From NCBI GenBank assembly GCA_009103225.1, contig RHPI01003728.1, positions 183,174 to 247,173 on the forward strand: DNA of 64,000 nt, written 5' to 3'. Source of the DNA: Chlorokybus atmophyticus. Its lineage: Eukaryota > Plantae > Mesostigma and Chlorokybus algae. A program made the position numbers and the translations under genes. Positions 12,113 to 25,051 of the stretch are shown here, one piece after another. The stretch's first letter is position 1. Each line of letters opens with the position of its first letter. The notes under the pieces were generated by a model. The model was not told the origin of the DNA and did no database searches. It saw only the letters and a list, made by a program, of their open reading frames with translations.

Positions 12113-13475
12113 CTAGCGGTAGTTCTGCAACAACATCACCAGAGTGGGACAGGGTTAGAGTGCGTTAACTGGTGAAGCAGTTGGTTGACGTAAACCACAC
12201 AAACAGCAACACAAGGACATACCGGCTGCTGGAGATATGCCATAGTATTTGGTTGGGCATACGCGCTGGGTGCCATCTGTCAGCCAAGCCAGTTCATTAT
12301 CACCGTAATGTCAACCATGCTAGTGGGTGGCAACCAGTCGCGCATTGCAGATGATCGCTATGTACTATGTGCAATAGCGCCTTCACACATGCCTGCATTT
12401 GCTGGTTGCTGGGTGCTGCTTGCTTTGATCCGCCTTGCTTACTGAGCGATGCCTTCTCACCCTGCAACAGGCCATGCAAAGTGTTACTTGCCAACACTAA
12501 AACATCATGTGTAAGCATGAAAAATGCACAAGTAACATGCTGTCCTGACCATGCAGTTGCATTGTTGCCACAAAAGTATGACACCAATGTCAGGACAACA
12601 TGCCAGCAGAGCGCACAACATGTGCAAAACAAAAGCCCTTCATCTGCTTACCTCAGACTGTGCACAGGAGAGGAGAACGGGTTGTCACACATACGCAAAT
12701 TGTCAGCATGAGGTCTCAAGAAAACCTTGCATTGGATGAGTAGCCAGGGCAAATGCAAGGCTAAGACACGAACTACAGCGCGCCTGGCCCAACATGTGGT
12801 GCCCATATAAGCATGTGGCTGCAATTACCTCGCGGTATTTGTGCAAATAGATCTTGAGAGGTTCGACATAGTCTTCGAACCCCAGAGTGCTCATGGCCCA
12901 GAGTAGATCGTCACCGTTCACGGTTTTCCTCTTTTCTCGCTGACACTTGTCGCTGGCTCTGTGTGCCGTGGTCAGGGTTAACACATTACAGACTGACATT
13001 CAGCATGCAGCAACCAGTCAGCAATCTGAACAGCTAACCGATCGACATCAGTACAATCAATCGTGCATACAATGTACCAAATAGTGGCTTGTGAAAGCAA
13101 CAGCTTGAAACTCCACAACGCATACATGCTTGCTGCTGAAGCGGCGCTGATCGACCACAGCAGCAGCTAAATGTGACGACCACCTACGGCAGTTTCTACC
13201 ACGACTATGCACACGTAACATGAGGGTCAAGTAAATTGCATGTGCGAAGCATACTCGCTAGTGATAAAGGAAATGAACTCGGAGACGCACTCCTGGACGG
13301 TCTCCTTAGCGTCTTTTGTGATTTTCGCGTTGGTCGGCAACGCTTTCTTCATGATGCGGCTGATGTTGGCGATGGGAAGAAACCTGTCCTGCTCACGCAC
13401 CGAACTGCTTCCTCCTCTATCCTCCACATCATCGCCGCCATTGCCACTATCCGGGCTGCCGTTAGGGTCGCTCAT
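12113..13475 (-). CDS. NF-YB: Nuclear transcription factor Y subunit B (CCAAT-binding HAP3); 5 exons
   Basis: [49 protein letters not shown]|[43 protein letters not shown]. Exons 13475-13255, 12958-12829, 12461-12393, 12276-12223, 12124-12113 are phase-consistent (one GC-AG intron). Confidence 0.97.
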
Positions 13476-13961
13476 GCTGGGAAACAGCTACCAGAGCGCC
13501 CCTCAAGAACAACCAGCGGCGCAAACACCTGGCAAGTGCCAACACCTGCCCAGCAACAAGCCGCTGCAATGCCAAACACCAAGCCGCACTAGGCTGAATG
13601 CACGACGAAGCCAAGTTACACAACCCCTCAACCAAATGCGCCAGCTGTTTAGCACCGTAATGCAGGCAATATCCACAGTGCTTAAGTCACGGTCACCAGC
13701 CGTGCTTCCCTTCTCCCCTCCACCGCCGCCGCCGCTGCCGCCGCTGCGGATAATCCAGAGAGCGCCAGCTAGTCGCTAGGGCCGAACGTTGCCGAACGTT
13801 TGACGTTAGGCTTGTCCCGCGAGTGAATGGCCCTCTTGTCCTCCCCGTAACGTTAGCACGCATCCCACACGCACGTGCGGTGAGTTAGGGTTCTAAGCGT
13901 TACGGGAGCTTTTGCCCGATGTTGCCGAAAGCGGCCATCGCAGCAGCGGGCGGAAGGGGGC

Positions 13962-13970
13962 AAACCCTAG
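13962..13970 (+). promoter_or_regulatory. Telo-box (AAACCCTAG) upstream of NF-YB
   Basis: Motif read directly in the GC-rich upstream region, with TTAGGGTT near 13884 and several AACGTT/CACGTG cores. Function inferred. Confidence 0.35.
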
Positions 13971-15300
13971 GCAGCAGCCATCTCGACGGCGCAGCGGAAA
14001 TCGGGGATACTTTCGTCCGTGCTGCTGGCTATTATAATTGCGCTTTTCTCGCGTGTTTGGAGGGTAGACCATTGGAAAGCATCGACGCGTTGGGCGGGGG
14101 ATCTGGTTCCTCGTTTCGCGGGAGGAAAGCGTGACAACGGGCCTCGCTCGAAGCCACATGTTTCCAAAGGACTATTCAAGCGGCTTGAAGCCCCAACTAT
14201 AACAGAGCAGAGAGCATGACCCCCCCGTCCCCTTGCCTCATTGCTCTAACACCATAAGGCAACGTACCATGGTCGCAATGTACATGTAACCTATGTGATT
14301 CCCTCTTCGAAGAAGCAAAAGCACACACAAAGCACGTACACACATGAATATAAATAAAAATCATGCTAATGATAATCATGAAGACAAAGCACGCATCCAA
14401 TGTGTGGCACACATCCACGCACACAACACACTTATTGATGGTCATTCAGATAATACGTATACAAGCACACATAGCACGCACACAAGTACTTGATTTTTAG
14501 TTCATAACAGACGGTTTGTACAAGCAAATGCAAGAGGCTAACAACATTAGGTTATTCATGTATAATTTGCATAATAAATGCTTGCAACAGTCGCAACAAA
14601 TGGGCGGGCTTGGTAATTGCAGCAGCAGTACGATGTGTTACCCGCCTGCGTTGTAGCCGTCCATATCAAACCCATGAAACATAGCAGGGTAGTTTTTAGG
14701 AAAGTTGCATGTGTTGGCGTGGTATATATATGCATCATTAATAACGATGAGCGAACGTTTGTACATTTGCAGTTGGTATTTCACCAACGTGATAGCATCA
14801 ACTTTCACATTTAAGAGCATATGTTGATTACGATATCTCCGTACAATTGTCTTCACTTAAGGCTTGCCAACATTAACTAGATGTTGCATTGCAGTTGTGC
14901 GCTCCGATTAACAATGAATTATAGTAACTTTACCCCTCCTCTCATGGCAGCGCCTTTTGCTAACATGACCGAGATGGTTGTTACAAGTTGCTTTACTGAT
15001 GGACATATTGATTGAACATGTGTTATTGATGTCAATTGCATTGAATAATGTTGTGTGTACATTAATGACATTGTGAAATCACATGTTTTCATTGGTATTT
15101 TTTCTATTACGGCAACATGGAGTAGCGTTAACTTACTCTATCTTCTTATATAACAACAATTCACCTTAATCAATATCTACGCTCCCTCAATCCGTTGCGC
15201 GCAAGCTACATCTGAATGACTACCACTGCTTATCTACTAATCGCATCTACACTTGCTTCATAAATACCGGAGAGCCTAGGATGATGGCTGGCTGTGCCCC

Positions 15301-18300
15301 TTAACTAATGCTCCCCGGTACGATGCGCGCATAAACAGGTAATGAGTACGACTCCGGCTCTGTATAAAAACACACATAAGCTGGTGAGCACAGTGGCTAT
15401 AGCTAAGAATATTCTATCAGTCCCAGCGCACGTACCGCTGCTTTTGTCGCTCTTGACAGTTATGTCTATGGACCCCAACCACTCTCCCGAGCTCTTAAAG
15501 CTTGCTTCCAGCTGTTGACGCACCGCACTTAGCAATAAGCACCACTAGCTAGTCTAAGAAATAGAAATACCCTATGTTGGTTGCATTAGCATCACACTTA
15601 CCTCAATGACAAAGGGCATGCCAGGCACCATCGGCCGGTTCTTGTAACTGAACACATACGACACATGGTGCGTGTCAATAGCACATGACGCTAGCAATAC
15701 ACTTGTGCGCATCCAACATGTGTTTTATTCCACCCGGTTCATGATCTGTAATGCTCCATACAATGCTGCAGTGCCTTACTTGGCTGTAAGGTAAGGCGCA
15801 TCAATGATGTCCACCGCAAGCACCGCGAGCGTCCTCGGCCCCGGGTTGACAGCACTTACACGAAACCTATTACAAGTGTGGTTACACAGCGCAAAACACA
15901 TCCGCCAACATCAAACAAGACACACGCAGAGAACACACCCACACGCGCGCGCGCACACCCACTCACAACCACAAAAACCACCCCACCACTCACCTCCTCG
16001 CAGGTGTCCCCACTCCAACCGCCCCAACATCGATCGCCCTCGCCTTGAACGCATACCACTGCGCCTGTGACAAATACAACAACCTCACACACATCCTCCC
16101 ATAACACTTGATACCCCACACAAGTCCCCCACTCACCTCTTCCATCTCATCTTCTCTTCCTTCTCCTCCTTCGTGCCTTGTGAGGGTAGCGAGCAGGCGC
16201 GCCGGCACGCCCTCCTGCCACCCCGACAGAGCCTCACCCAACCCCGCGCCCCCCTCGTCGGGTGATAGCGCACCCGACACGTAGTCCCACCGTCGCAACT
16301 TCCTCTGCGCACCTGTGCGTGCGTGTGTAGATGAGCAAGTGTACATGTGCGTGGGTGAGCGCGCATGTAATTGTATCAGTATAGCGCGCGTGGGTGCGTG
16401 TGTGTGCGTGTGTGTAAGAGGGGGGGGGGGGTACCTCGTTCCATGGCGAGGCGTTGGTAGGCGGCGAGACGGGCGCGTAGGGGTCGGGTGTCGCGTGAGT
16501 CCAGAGACATCCTCTCCATCAGGGCTGTTACCTGGCATCAACCATTGCTTACTACTACTACCACAGCTGAGACAGAGCCACCACAAGTGTTTGACTGTGT
16601 GTGCACTGGCGAGCGCGTGCATGTGTGCGTACATGCGCGTGTGCGTGCGCACGTGCATGCGGATGTGTTTGTGCACGTGCGTATGTATAGAGATGCATAT
16701 GCGTATGTGTCTGCATGTGTTCGTGTATGTGTATCTGTGTATGGGTACCCACCTGTTTCTCTTGCGTGGGGTATTGGTCTCTGTACCGTTTCCTCCCGAA
16801 CGCCACGATTGCTATCCGTACCATCTGGCAGACGATAACAAACCCCACATGAGCAGCTTACCTAACCACAACACCACAACGCTTTCACACGCAACACTGC
16901 TCACCGCGTCGAGGAACTCCTCGTAGCAGAGCTCGTCGGGCCTGTTGTTGGTTTTGGGCCTGGCCTTGCCGCTCTTTGGGCTGCCGAGGTTGCTTTTTGG
17001 GCTCTTGACCGCACCGGAGTCTCTGCTCGTAGTGTTATCAGTCTTCAATGGGATAGAGTCGGCAGCCTTGAAGGCGCGCAGGACGTCCCGCCTTCTCACC
17101 AGCTGCGGAAGCACCTGAAACAAAGGGCAAGGTTTTACTTCTTGTTGTGTCATCTACACAATGTCCACGTTACTCGTGACCGATCCAGTCAGTATGTTGT
17201 GACAGGGGGGGTGGGGTGGGGGTGCATAGTGGCATGCGTACCTCAAAGTCTACCAGAAGGGCTTGGAGCTCGTTCATGTTCATCAGCGAACTGCATAGGA
17301 GTGAATTTGTTAAAAGAGCGTCTAACAGACAAATTGCACACGTGTCTCTTGGATAAATGAACAAACCCACCCAACATCTTGCATGACATTCTCCACCGAA
17401 CGGCCTTGCGCGCCTCCAAGAAGCACTTCATCACGCTTTGCATAACACTCGTATAGCTGTGCAGCCACACAAGCATGCGGTCCATGAGAAAGGGACTTCT
17501 GAGGCTCACGCACAGCAGCCATTCCAATATCCGTACGCGTGTGTGGTGTACGGTGCACAAGCAGATTTTATACCGTTGCCAGCGGGCCTTTCTTCTGCGC
17601 CATCAATTCTGCTCGCGGGAACACTTGGCTCGTCATCACCGGCCTTCCAGGCCTACACGCACAACAAGGATGCCTAAACACATAGCCACAAGACCCTCTC
17701 CCTCTCTGCCACTCACTTAATGTCTTCTTCGGGCTGCGTGCTCGCATCAAACTGGCAAGAGATCCTCAATCCCCTCTGATGTTGAAGGCGATCATCACCC
17801 TTCACATCTCCCACATCATCCCTCGCCAACGCACCGACTAGGTTCACACTCCTCTCCCTGAGAATCAATCACACCACTTGGGCCACACGCACGCGTACGC
17901 ACGCATGCGTACAGTGTGTGCCTGTCTGAGTGTGACACGCACTCACGCACACATACGCACCCACACCCACACCCACACCCACCCACCCACCCACACTCAA
18001 TTCCTTACGTGTAGCAGCTAGCCGAGTAGCACGACATCGCCGACATCCCACTCGACACAACTCTCTCCGCTCCACTTCCCGGCATTCCCGACCTTCTCAG
18101 AAACTCCGCATACAATCTAAAGTCTCCGCCCTTCTCGTCGCACGCGGCTTTTCTCCTATCGGCCTCCAGCGTGGCCATCGCAGAAGCTACGTCGTACTCC
18201 CCCGCGGGCGTGCCGAACGTGCGACGAGGGGTGGAGGAACGAGAGATGTCGAGGAGGAGGTTGAGAGCGTGGCTGAGGTTGGGACGGTGAGGTGGGGGGG

Positions 18301-18830
18301 TGAGGTTGGTGTGGGTGGAGGTGTGGGTGGAGGTGGGGGTGGGGGAGAGGGTGGTGAAGGGGGTGGGGGTGGAGAGTGCTGTTGGGGAGTGGGATTGGAG
18401 ACGCTGCTGGTGAAGGTGCTGAAGCTGAGGGTTGAAGGTGGTGCTGTCGGTTGTGGTGTCGCTGGCGTGGCTGGCATGGCTCTTTGTTGTGAGGGCGGAG
18501 GAGCACCTGTGGCGTGTGTGCATGAGTGTGCGCGTGCGTGCATGCGTGCCATGAATTGTAGATTGTACACGATTGCAACAGTGCACTGATGAGAAGAGCC
18601 ATGCGGGAAACATAATGACAACAGCATCCACAGGGGACGACAACAACTGCAACGATAATTCCACCACCACCACAACAACAGCGGCAACAGGTGCGCTAAC
18701 AAACAACGACCACAACACACCTGCTTTGCGTGCGGGCAGTGCCGGCAGACGACTTCCTGTTTGAGGAGAACCCAGACGTAGGTCTTCCTCCCCCCCCTCC
18801 ACCGCCTCTGTCTCTGGCCGCCTCGCCCAT
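15301..18830 (-). CDS. Uncharacterised multi-exon protein with EF-hand-like helical region and C-terminal ASH/PapD-like Ig domain (probable flagellar/ciliary protein)
   Basis: ATG 18830 (MGEAARDRGGG...). Spliced exons give SLMNMNELQALLVDFEVLPQLVRRRDVLRAFKAAD...DELCYEEFLDAV and end YKNRPMVPGMPFVIELEASFKSSGEWLGSIDITVKSDKSSEPESYSLPVYARIVPGSIS* (TAA 15301-15303), which fits the ASH-type 'PGM..F...G.I.I...PV.A' pattern. A few junctions near 16.1-16.9 kb were not phase-checked. Confidence 0.7.
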
Positions 18831-19474
18831 CGCCCTGAGTAAACTGCTATATATATATATCTCGCTACCAGGGGCACAAGTCACCTGCGTTCGTGTTATT
18901 CGTTGGTTGCTGTTTGTAGTTAGGGCAGGACAGGGTGTTAAGGTTGTTTTCCAGTCAAGGCAATGTGAGCTGCAGCATATGAAGCAGAGAAGCATGCTTG
19001 CCTGGTTGAGTGCAGACTTGCTGGTTCATTGCTTGTTTGTCTAATGAAAGCCAATAAACAAGAATAGCTGCTTAGCCCGACAATGTGGTCGTCTACTTAA
19101 TTGAGACGTTCTCGGGTGTGACAGGTGGGCGCAGAGCTTGCGAGTAAGCCATTGTTGTTCCAGATTAACGTTGGTTTGAAAGGGGATTTGTGTGGCCGTT
19201 TGGTAGCCCTAACCGTAAACAAAGCAAGTTGCTTGTGTTGAATACGGTAAATGACTTAACAGCAAGGGCCCCCGCAACACTACAGCTTGTGAATTTCGTA
19301 TGCAAGTTGGAGTAAGTTGGAGCGCATTATTTCTGTTGGATACTCTGAAAGTTATCTGCTGCAAAACATCAAAACAAGGAGGACAATCAAGCCTTTCTGG
19401 AATAAGTAAACACGTACATTGATGCCAATTCAACGCAACACCCGACCTTACAAACCGCCACGTGTCTCCCCCCC

Positions 19475-19480
19475 NNNNNN
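19475..19480. other. Assembly gap (6 N) after a poly-C run
   Basis: nnnnnn in the sequence. Confidence 1.
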
Positions 19481-21692
19481 TCTTCCTTTGCCGCCGCCGC
19501 CTCCTATCGCCTTTTACTTCTCCACCTCCTCCACGTTGTCCTCCGCCTGCTTCTCCGCCGCCGCTGCCGCCGCCGTCAGAGGCCGCCACGTCACCGCTAG
19601 CCGAAAAGCGCACTATCCTGACGACCGGCAGCGCTGCCGGCCAGAGTCCGGCAATCTGTCAATTTGCAATTTGCTACGTGCAGCACCATAACGTGCTGAT
19701 CGGCCGGTCATGCGCGGTTTCTCAGCCGGCGGAAAGAGGCACCTTGCCGGCGTTGACCCGGCACGAGCTCGCCGGCGAGCGCGCGCGCGCGCGAGAGCTC
19801 GTGGATACCGTGGATGCAATGCCAGGAATGTGACAGTTTTGGGGGCGCGCATGCTAAATTTGGGCATACGCGCGCGCGCACGTCCAATGAGAGTTCCTTC
19901 AATAACCACCGTTGAGCCCGCCCTGCAATAATTGGAAGCACAGCTCATTTGCAACTTAACGAGTTGTTAACATGTTGGCAACAACAACGGCAAAAGGGTA
20001 TAGGAAAACATAGAGTATACATGTGTAACATTGCAAAATCAACAACATGCAAAGCACAAGAGCACAGGTATCATCAACAAACTCTCATTGCAAATGTTAA
20101 TCGGCAGCTCAACAGCATAACATTGTAATCTTGTATTATTACCCACCACACTGAAGTCTACAATAAATATTAGTCTACATTTTATTACAATATAAAAAAC
20201 ACATCGCAATTATCTACATAGTATTTGATATGTGAAGATCAGTCCTTGTTGCACCGCTCGTGTGCGATGTTTGCATCATTGCGACATGGCATCAACAATA
20301 TGTATTGGTTCGATGTTTGAAACAACCAATCAAATAATGTCAATGATAACGCAAAAATGCATTGATATATGCTTCATGTATTTCATGCGATATATGTATA
20401 GTACTCACATATTGTCAATGTACACTATGTATTTTATATTTTTTATTTTTTTTTTATTTTTTTTTGTTTTATTGAATCAGTCTATGTGTATTTGTTGTTA
20501 CACGTACCATTTTTGACATGTATAGTTAATTTATTTCAACATGTATGCCTGATATGTCAAAAGTCTTCAACATATAACTCACTTGAAAATCATACAACAA
20601 TTAAGTTTTTGCGTCTGAGGATGATACCAGACAGTGAGGTTTTGTAGGTGTATAAAATATAAGCTACATTTTCATGTGAAAAATATTAACAACTTGTAAT
20701 ACAGAGTATATTGTATTGAATATAATATACTCTTTCTATATGAAAATACTAGACACAACCCCTATCATATACGAGGTATATTATCAGCCCGCAAGTCAAA
20801 GCATTTTGTAGCCTATTACCCCCTCCTCTGATCATGAGATGTTCATCATTTTGCTTATTGATGTTGGTACTTTACACTGCTTATGATCTAAGAAGCACTG
20901 CGGCACTATTGTTGAATCCAGTTTATGCCTTTAAACGTTTCAAACCTTCTTTCTCAACCACATAGATACTATGCGACATCAATGATGACAACATGTACAT
21001 AATCGCACCTCTCAACACCTCTCATGACTGCACGCTAAGTATAAAAGTGCAAGCACTACATCTTTGCAATGTGTAGTTGTTTTACATACCCCTCTCGCTT
21101 TTTCTGTACACTACATGATAGGCATGAACGCTGTTTGCTTGTATGCTCGTCTTTTAGTTCAATGCAAGTAGTGTTTGTGTAAACATTGCAATGCGCGCAG
21201 ATACCACTATGCGCGCACATGCTGAAGCAGCGGTTGCGAATGATGTATGCACAAAGCTGCATTTCATTGCGACGCGAATTACACCAACATTTATTAGTAT
21301 GACCATTTTTGGCTCCCACTTTGGGCATCACTTCTACTCCATGATAATCCCCCACTTCAACATGTGATACACAAGTTACAGCCAATGCACGCCATTCACG
21401 GCGGACTCTACCAGAAGGGGCTGTAAGTACACTAGCCATGCACCATCAGGTAGCTGTCCGGATTACACGTACTTGGCTCAATCAACACAGTCCATTTCGC
21501 CAACCTGAGCACCTGCAACTCACGCATAATGCAAGCATGATGTTGCCTGAGTACATGTGCCATGTACAAGGCCAACATGCTAAACTAGTGCACTGCAATG
21601 TCTGCGGCACCCCGTCTGCTGACTACAGTCGGTGCTAAGCACTGCCTGCAAAGCCTAAGCTAGCTGAAGCAACTTCAATAAGCAAATGGCCA

Positions 21693-24600
21693 TCAATGCC
21701 GTAGCAGCGCATCTGACTGAGCGGATGAGTGTAATGGAGCGCTTGCATGAACTGCATTCCCTGCCAAGAGCTCATCTCGCACACGTGTAAGCAACTTTCC
21801 GAGCAAATTTCGCCCTGTTCCATCGCGTCCAGAACCCCACTCGTAGTCATGCGGTGAGACTTCAATGACGGTTGGCTCAGTAGGCGTACCAGTGCCATGC
21901 GTGCGTTTGCTGTGGCCCCCTGTTGCCAACAGCACAGCTTTTGGTCCTGGATGTGTGGAGAACTTTGCCAGCAGCGCGGAATGCATGACTGCTTCCTTCT
22001 CCACGTCCCAATTTGGCCGCACCTACCAACCATAGCGTAAGCACAGCAACATGACTGCTGCCAAGACAACTCATGGGCCAATTTCAAGATAGACATTTGT
22101 CGCCTGAGTCGATCAGTTGTGGCCCCCTGTTGCAAAGGCTGATTTTTACATGATGGATCAGAGCGGCATCGGGAAAAAGGGCACTGATGAAGAATTGACT
22201 CACAACTGCATCATGTGTCACACCAGATGTATACAAACTTCAAACCAGCCTGCTACAGCCTGCTCAGCTAAGAGAATTATCTCACCAGCTCAGGATTGAG
22301 TCGCGCCAGCTTGCGTCCAATGCGTGCCGCTTCTTCTGGTGCAAGGCACTCCCGTATTTGCTGGATGGCGTCCAAAGCCAAGGGATTGCTAGAGCCGGCA
22401 AACTTCTGAGCCTGCAAGTGGTTGCAATGGGGTTGTGTAAAACAAGCTGGCAGGCACTCAACCAATGCACCATGTGACAACTTACCTGGTAGTAATGCTC
22501 AACGGATCTCCACTCCACCTCTCGTCCATCTGCACTCTGCATGCGAATTGGATGTGCTGAGAAGTTAGACAGCGCGCCATACTGGTCCCAAGCCTTGTAG
22601 AACGGCAACAAAGTGGGCGCACAGACTGTTCGTCGAATGGTGTCCATCAACGACTCGAGATGTGCAATCGTGCGTTGTGAAACTTCAGAAGCATGCTCGT
22701 CCACCAGGGCGGTACCGGTCTTGTTCAGTGGTAGCAAGTAGCCGTTAACCATCATGTCTGGACCCACTTGGTTGAACACTACATCCGACAAACTCAGTGC
22801 ATTGTACATGTACTGAATGTTCAAATCTCCAACTGGTTGAGGCGCTTTCACTCCTCCCACAATCTTGGGAGCAATAAAAGCCAGCACCCTGTGAATGACG
22901 CCGTCTGCAATTGCTGGGGCAGACAGCGTGCCACCGCATTCCCACAGCACCTGCAAGAAGCCTCGCATGTAGCAGTACTCCATCACTGCACTAGGAGTCA
23001 GCTCTTTGAATGTGACAACTTCAACTCCATGGGCCCTCAGCCTGTTCTGAAACTCTTCACGTGTGCCAGTCTCTGTCATAACGATTGTAGGAGCTTGGCT
23101 GACATCCCACATGTTGGCTTCCTCTGGCAACTCCATTGTCCTGGACATCACTATGCGAATAGGCTGGTGGCCTCCCTCTCTCCTAGTTGTCAATCGCGGA
23201 TCTATGAAGGATAGAATCTGTCAATGACAACGCTACAAAGACACCTAAACGACCAGCTGTGCCATGGGTACATTCAGCTGCAAACACAAGTGCTAGCAAA
23301 GACTGCGGGCGTTGTGACTTACTGTCTCTACGAAGAGTATTGCCACCAACAATAACCGCATCTGACCGCGCTCTAGTTTCAAAAACATGGCCCCGAGATG
23401 CTGGTGACGATACCCATGCAGCATGCCCAGTAGTTGATGCAATTTTTCCTGCAGCACTACATGTCAGGCGTGTTGTGAAGTCTCAAAGCTGCAGATTGAG
23501 CAGACATGACAAGCATACCATCGAGGGTCATAGCATACTTCAGCACAGAGAATGGCCTTTTTGTTAACACTCTGTAGAGCAATGCGGCATTGACCTCTCG
23601 ACAGGCATCCAATGCGACCTGCATTTGCCAATGGTACGAGTATATAAGATCGCAGATGACATGCAAGTTAAACACTACTGCATGACAACCAGTAGGGTGC
23701 ATTTGGCTTGCAATACAAGAACCCCTTGCATGCGCCAACTGAAGAACCATGTGCCCTGCCGCGGTAGTTCTCATTACCACATTGGATACCCACTTCAACG
23801 ACACAGTTACCTCTCCAAGTGAGCCACTCTCAACCGAGATCTCTTCGCCCAGCACCTCCACTGCCACACCAACTGACCTCAAAGCCGATATACAGCGTCC
23901 GCGTAAGTGAGGAAGGGGATGCCGGAGGCCAATTACAACTCGTTTGATATCAGCCTGTAAACCATACCAACAACATCAGAAGGCAAACATTTCGGCAGCA
24001 AGCCAAAGGGTATGGGTTGCACAATGCCAAACGCATAAACCACCAAGCTTATCAAGTTGCGCCATCATTTGCATGCATGCCAGTGCCCAGGGCAGGAGCA
24101 TCCACAGTGTTGTGGAAGCCAAAGCTACTGTGCGCTTGTATGGCCAAGCTGATGCGTGCTTCAGCACTCACCTCTAATAGTGCGTCTAGTGCTGACGTGT
24201 CGCCTTGATCAACGCAAGGCTCTAGATTCACATACGCAGTGCTGCCCTTTGCCAGATGTTGAGCACTGTTCACAGCTTGCAACTCAGCACATGATGTCCC
24301 TTGTGCGTACAAAAACCCTTCACCCACAACTGAAGGTGACCCATACGCATCGCGCTGGATGAGCAGGCAACCATGATTGGGATGAGGGGCTGACAACCCT
24401 TGTGAACTGTCTGCAAGCTCGACAACTCGTCGCATCAACTCGGACTCTTGCTCTGCGCAGCAACCAAGCCTCAACACCCCCACGACAAAGTATGCACGCG
24501 GTCAGCTAATACAAGCTAAGGCCTGGTACGGAACAACAGCTGCTGGTATCCATAGAAAAAGCTGAAAGCGTGCAGCCATGCGACATGTCATTATGTTAAG

Positions 24601-25051
24601 TACTTGACGGACTGACAGCATGACGCCATCGTGATGGGGCAACCTGCATACTTCAACAACTACATCGCACTGCAAAGTAATGGTGAAAAAGCAACGACAA
24701 GTACACTCAAACCATAATGCATGCTGCCGCCATGCATGCCAACGCACCACTGAGCTGCCTGGCAACTGCGTGACCGCCATTGTTGCTATGAGGCTGCGAG
24801 GCGCCGTTGCTAGTGCTGCAGCAAACGACAGGCTGAGAATTGCGGACACCCTGCTGAGCCTGGAAGTGGCATGCACCCGCCAAGCAGCCAGGCCCATCCA
24901 CGTGGTCCGTGGTTGCGGCAAGGCGAGATCCAGGCAGGCGCAAAGCCAGTGAAGCAGAAGACGGTTTCCTCTTTTCCCCGCTTGAAAGCTGCGATGACGA
25001 TACTAAGTGAGACACCGCCACTGTCGCCACCGCTGCAGCTGCTGCCGCCAT
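21693..25051 (-). CDS. PYRR: Riboflavin biosynthesis protein PYRR, plastid (degenerate deaminase + pyrimidine reductase RibD_C + C-terminal NADAR/DUF1768 N-glycosidase)
   Basis: GLSAPHPNHGC; SCAELQA and EPCVDQGD (Zn ligands degenerate); PFSVLKYAMTLDG; SDAVIVGGNTLRRDNPRLTTR; VLWECGGTL; FIAPKIVGG; NADAR FYKAWDQYGALSNFS, WRSVEHYYQAQKF, WGSGRDGTGRNLLGKLLTRVR. Transit-like first exon. Confidence 0.96.

Noticed and set aside
19209-19613. Gly-rich minus-strand ORF spanning the N gap
   Set aside because: GTG start, low complexity, and crosses an assembly gap; probably 5' UTR of the ASH-domain gene, whose ATG is at 18830.
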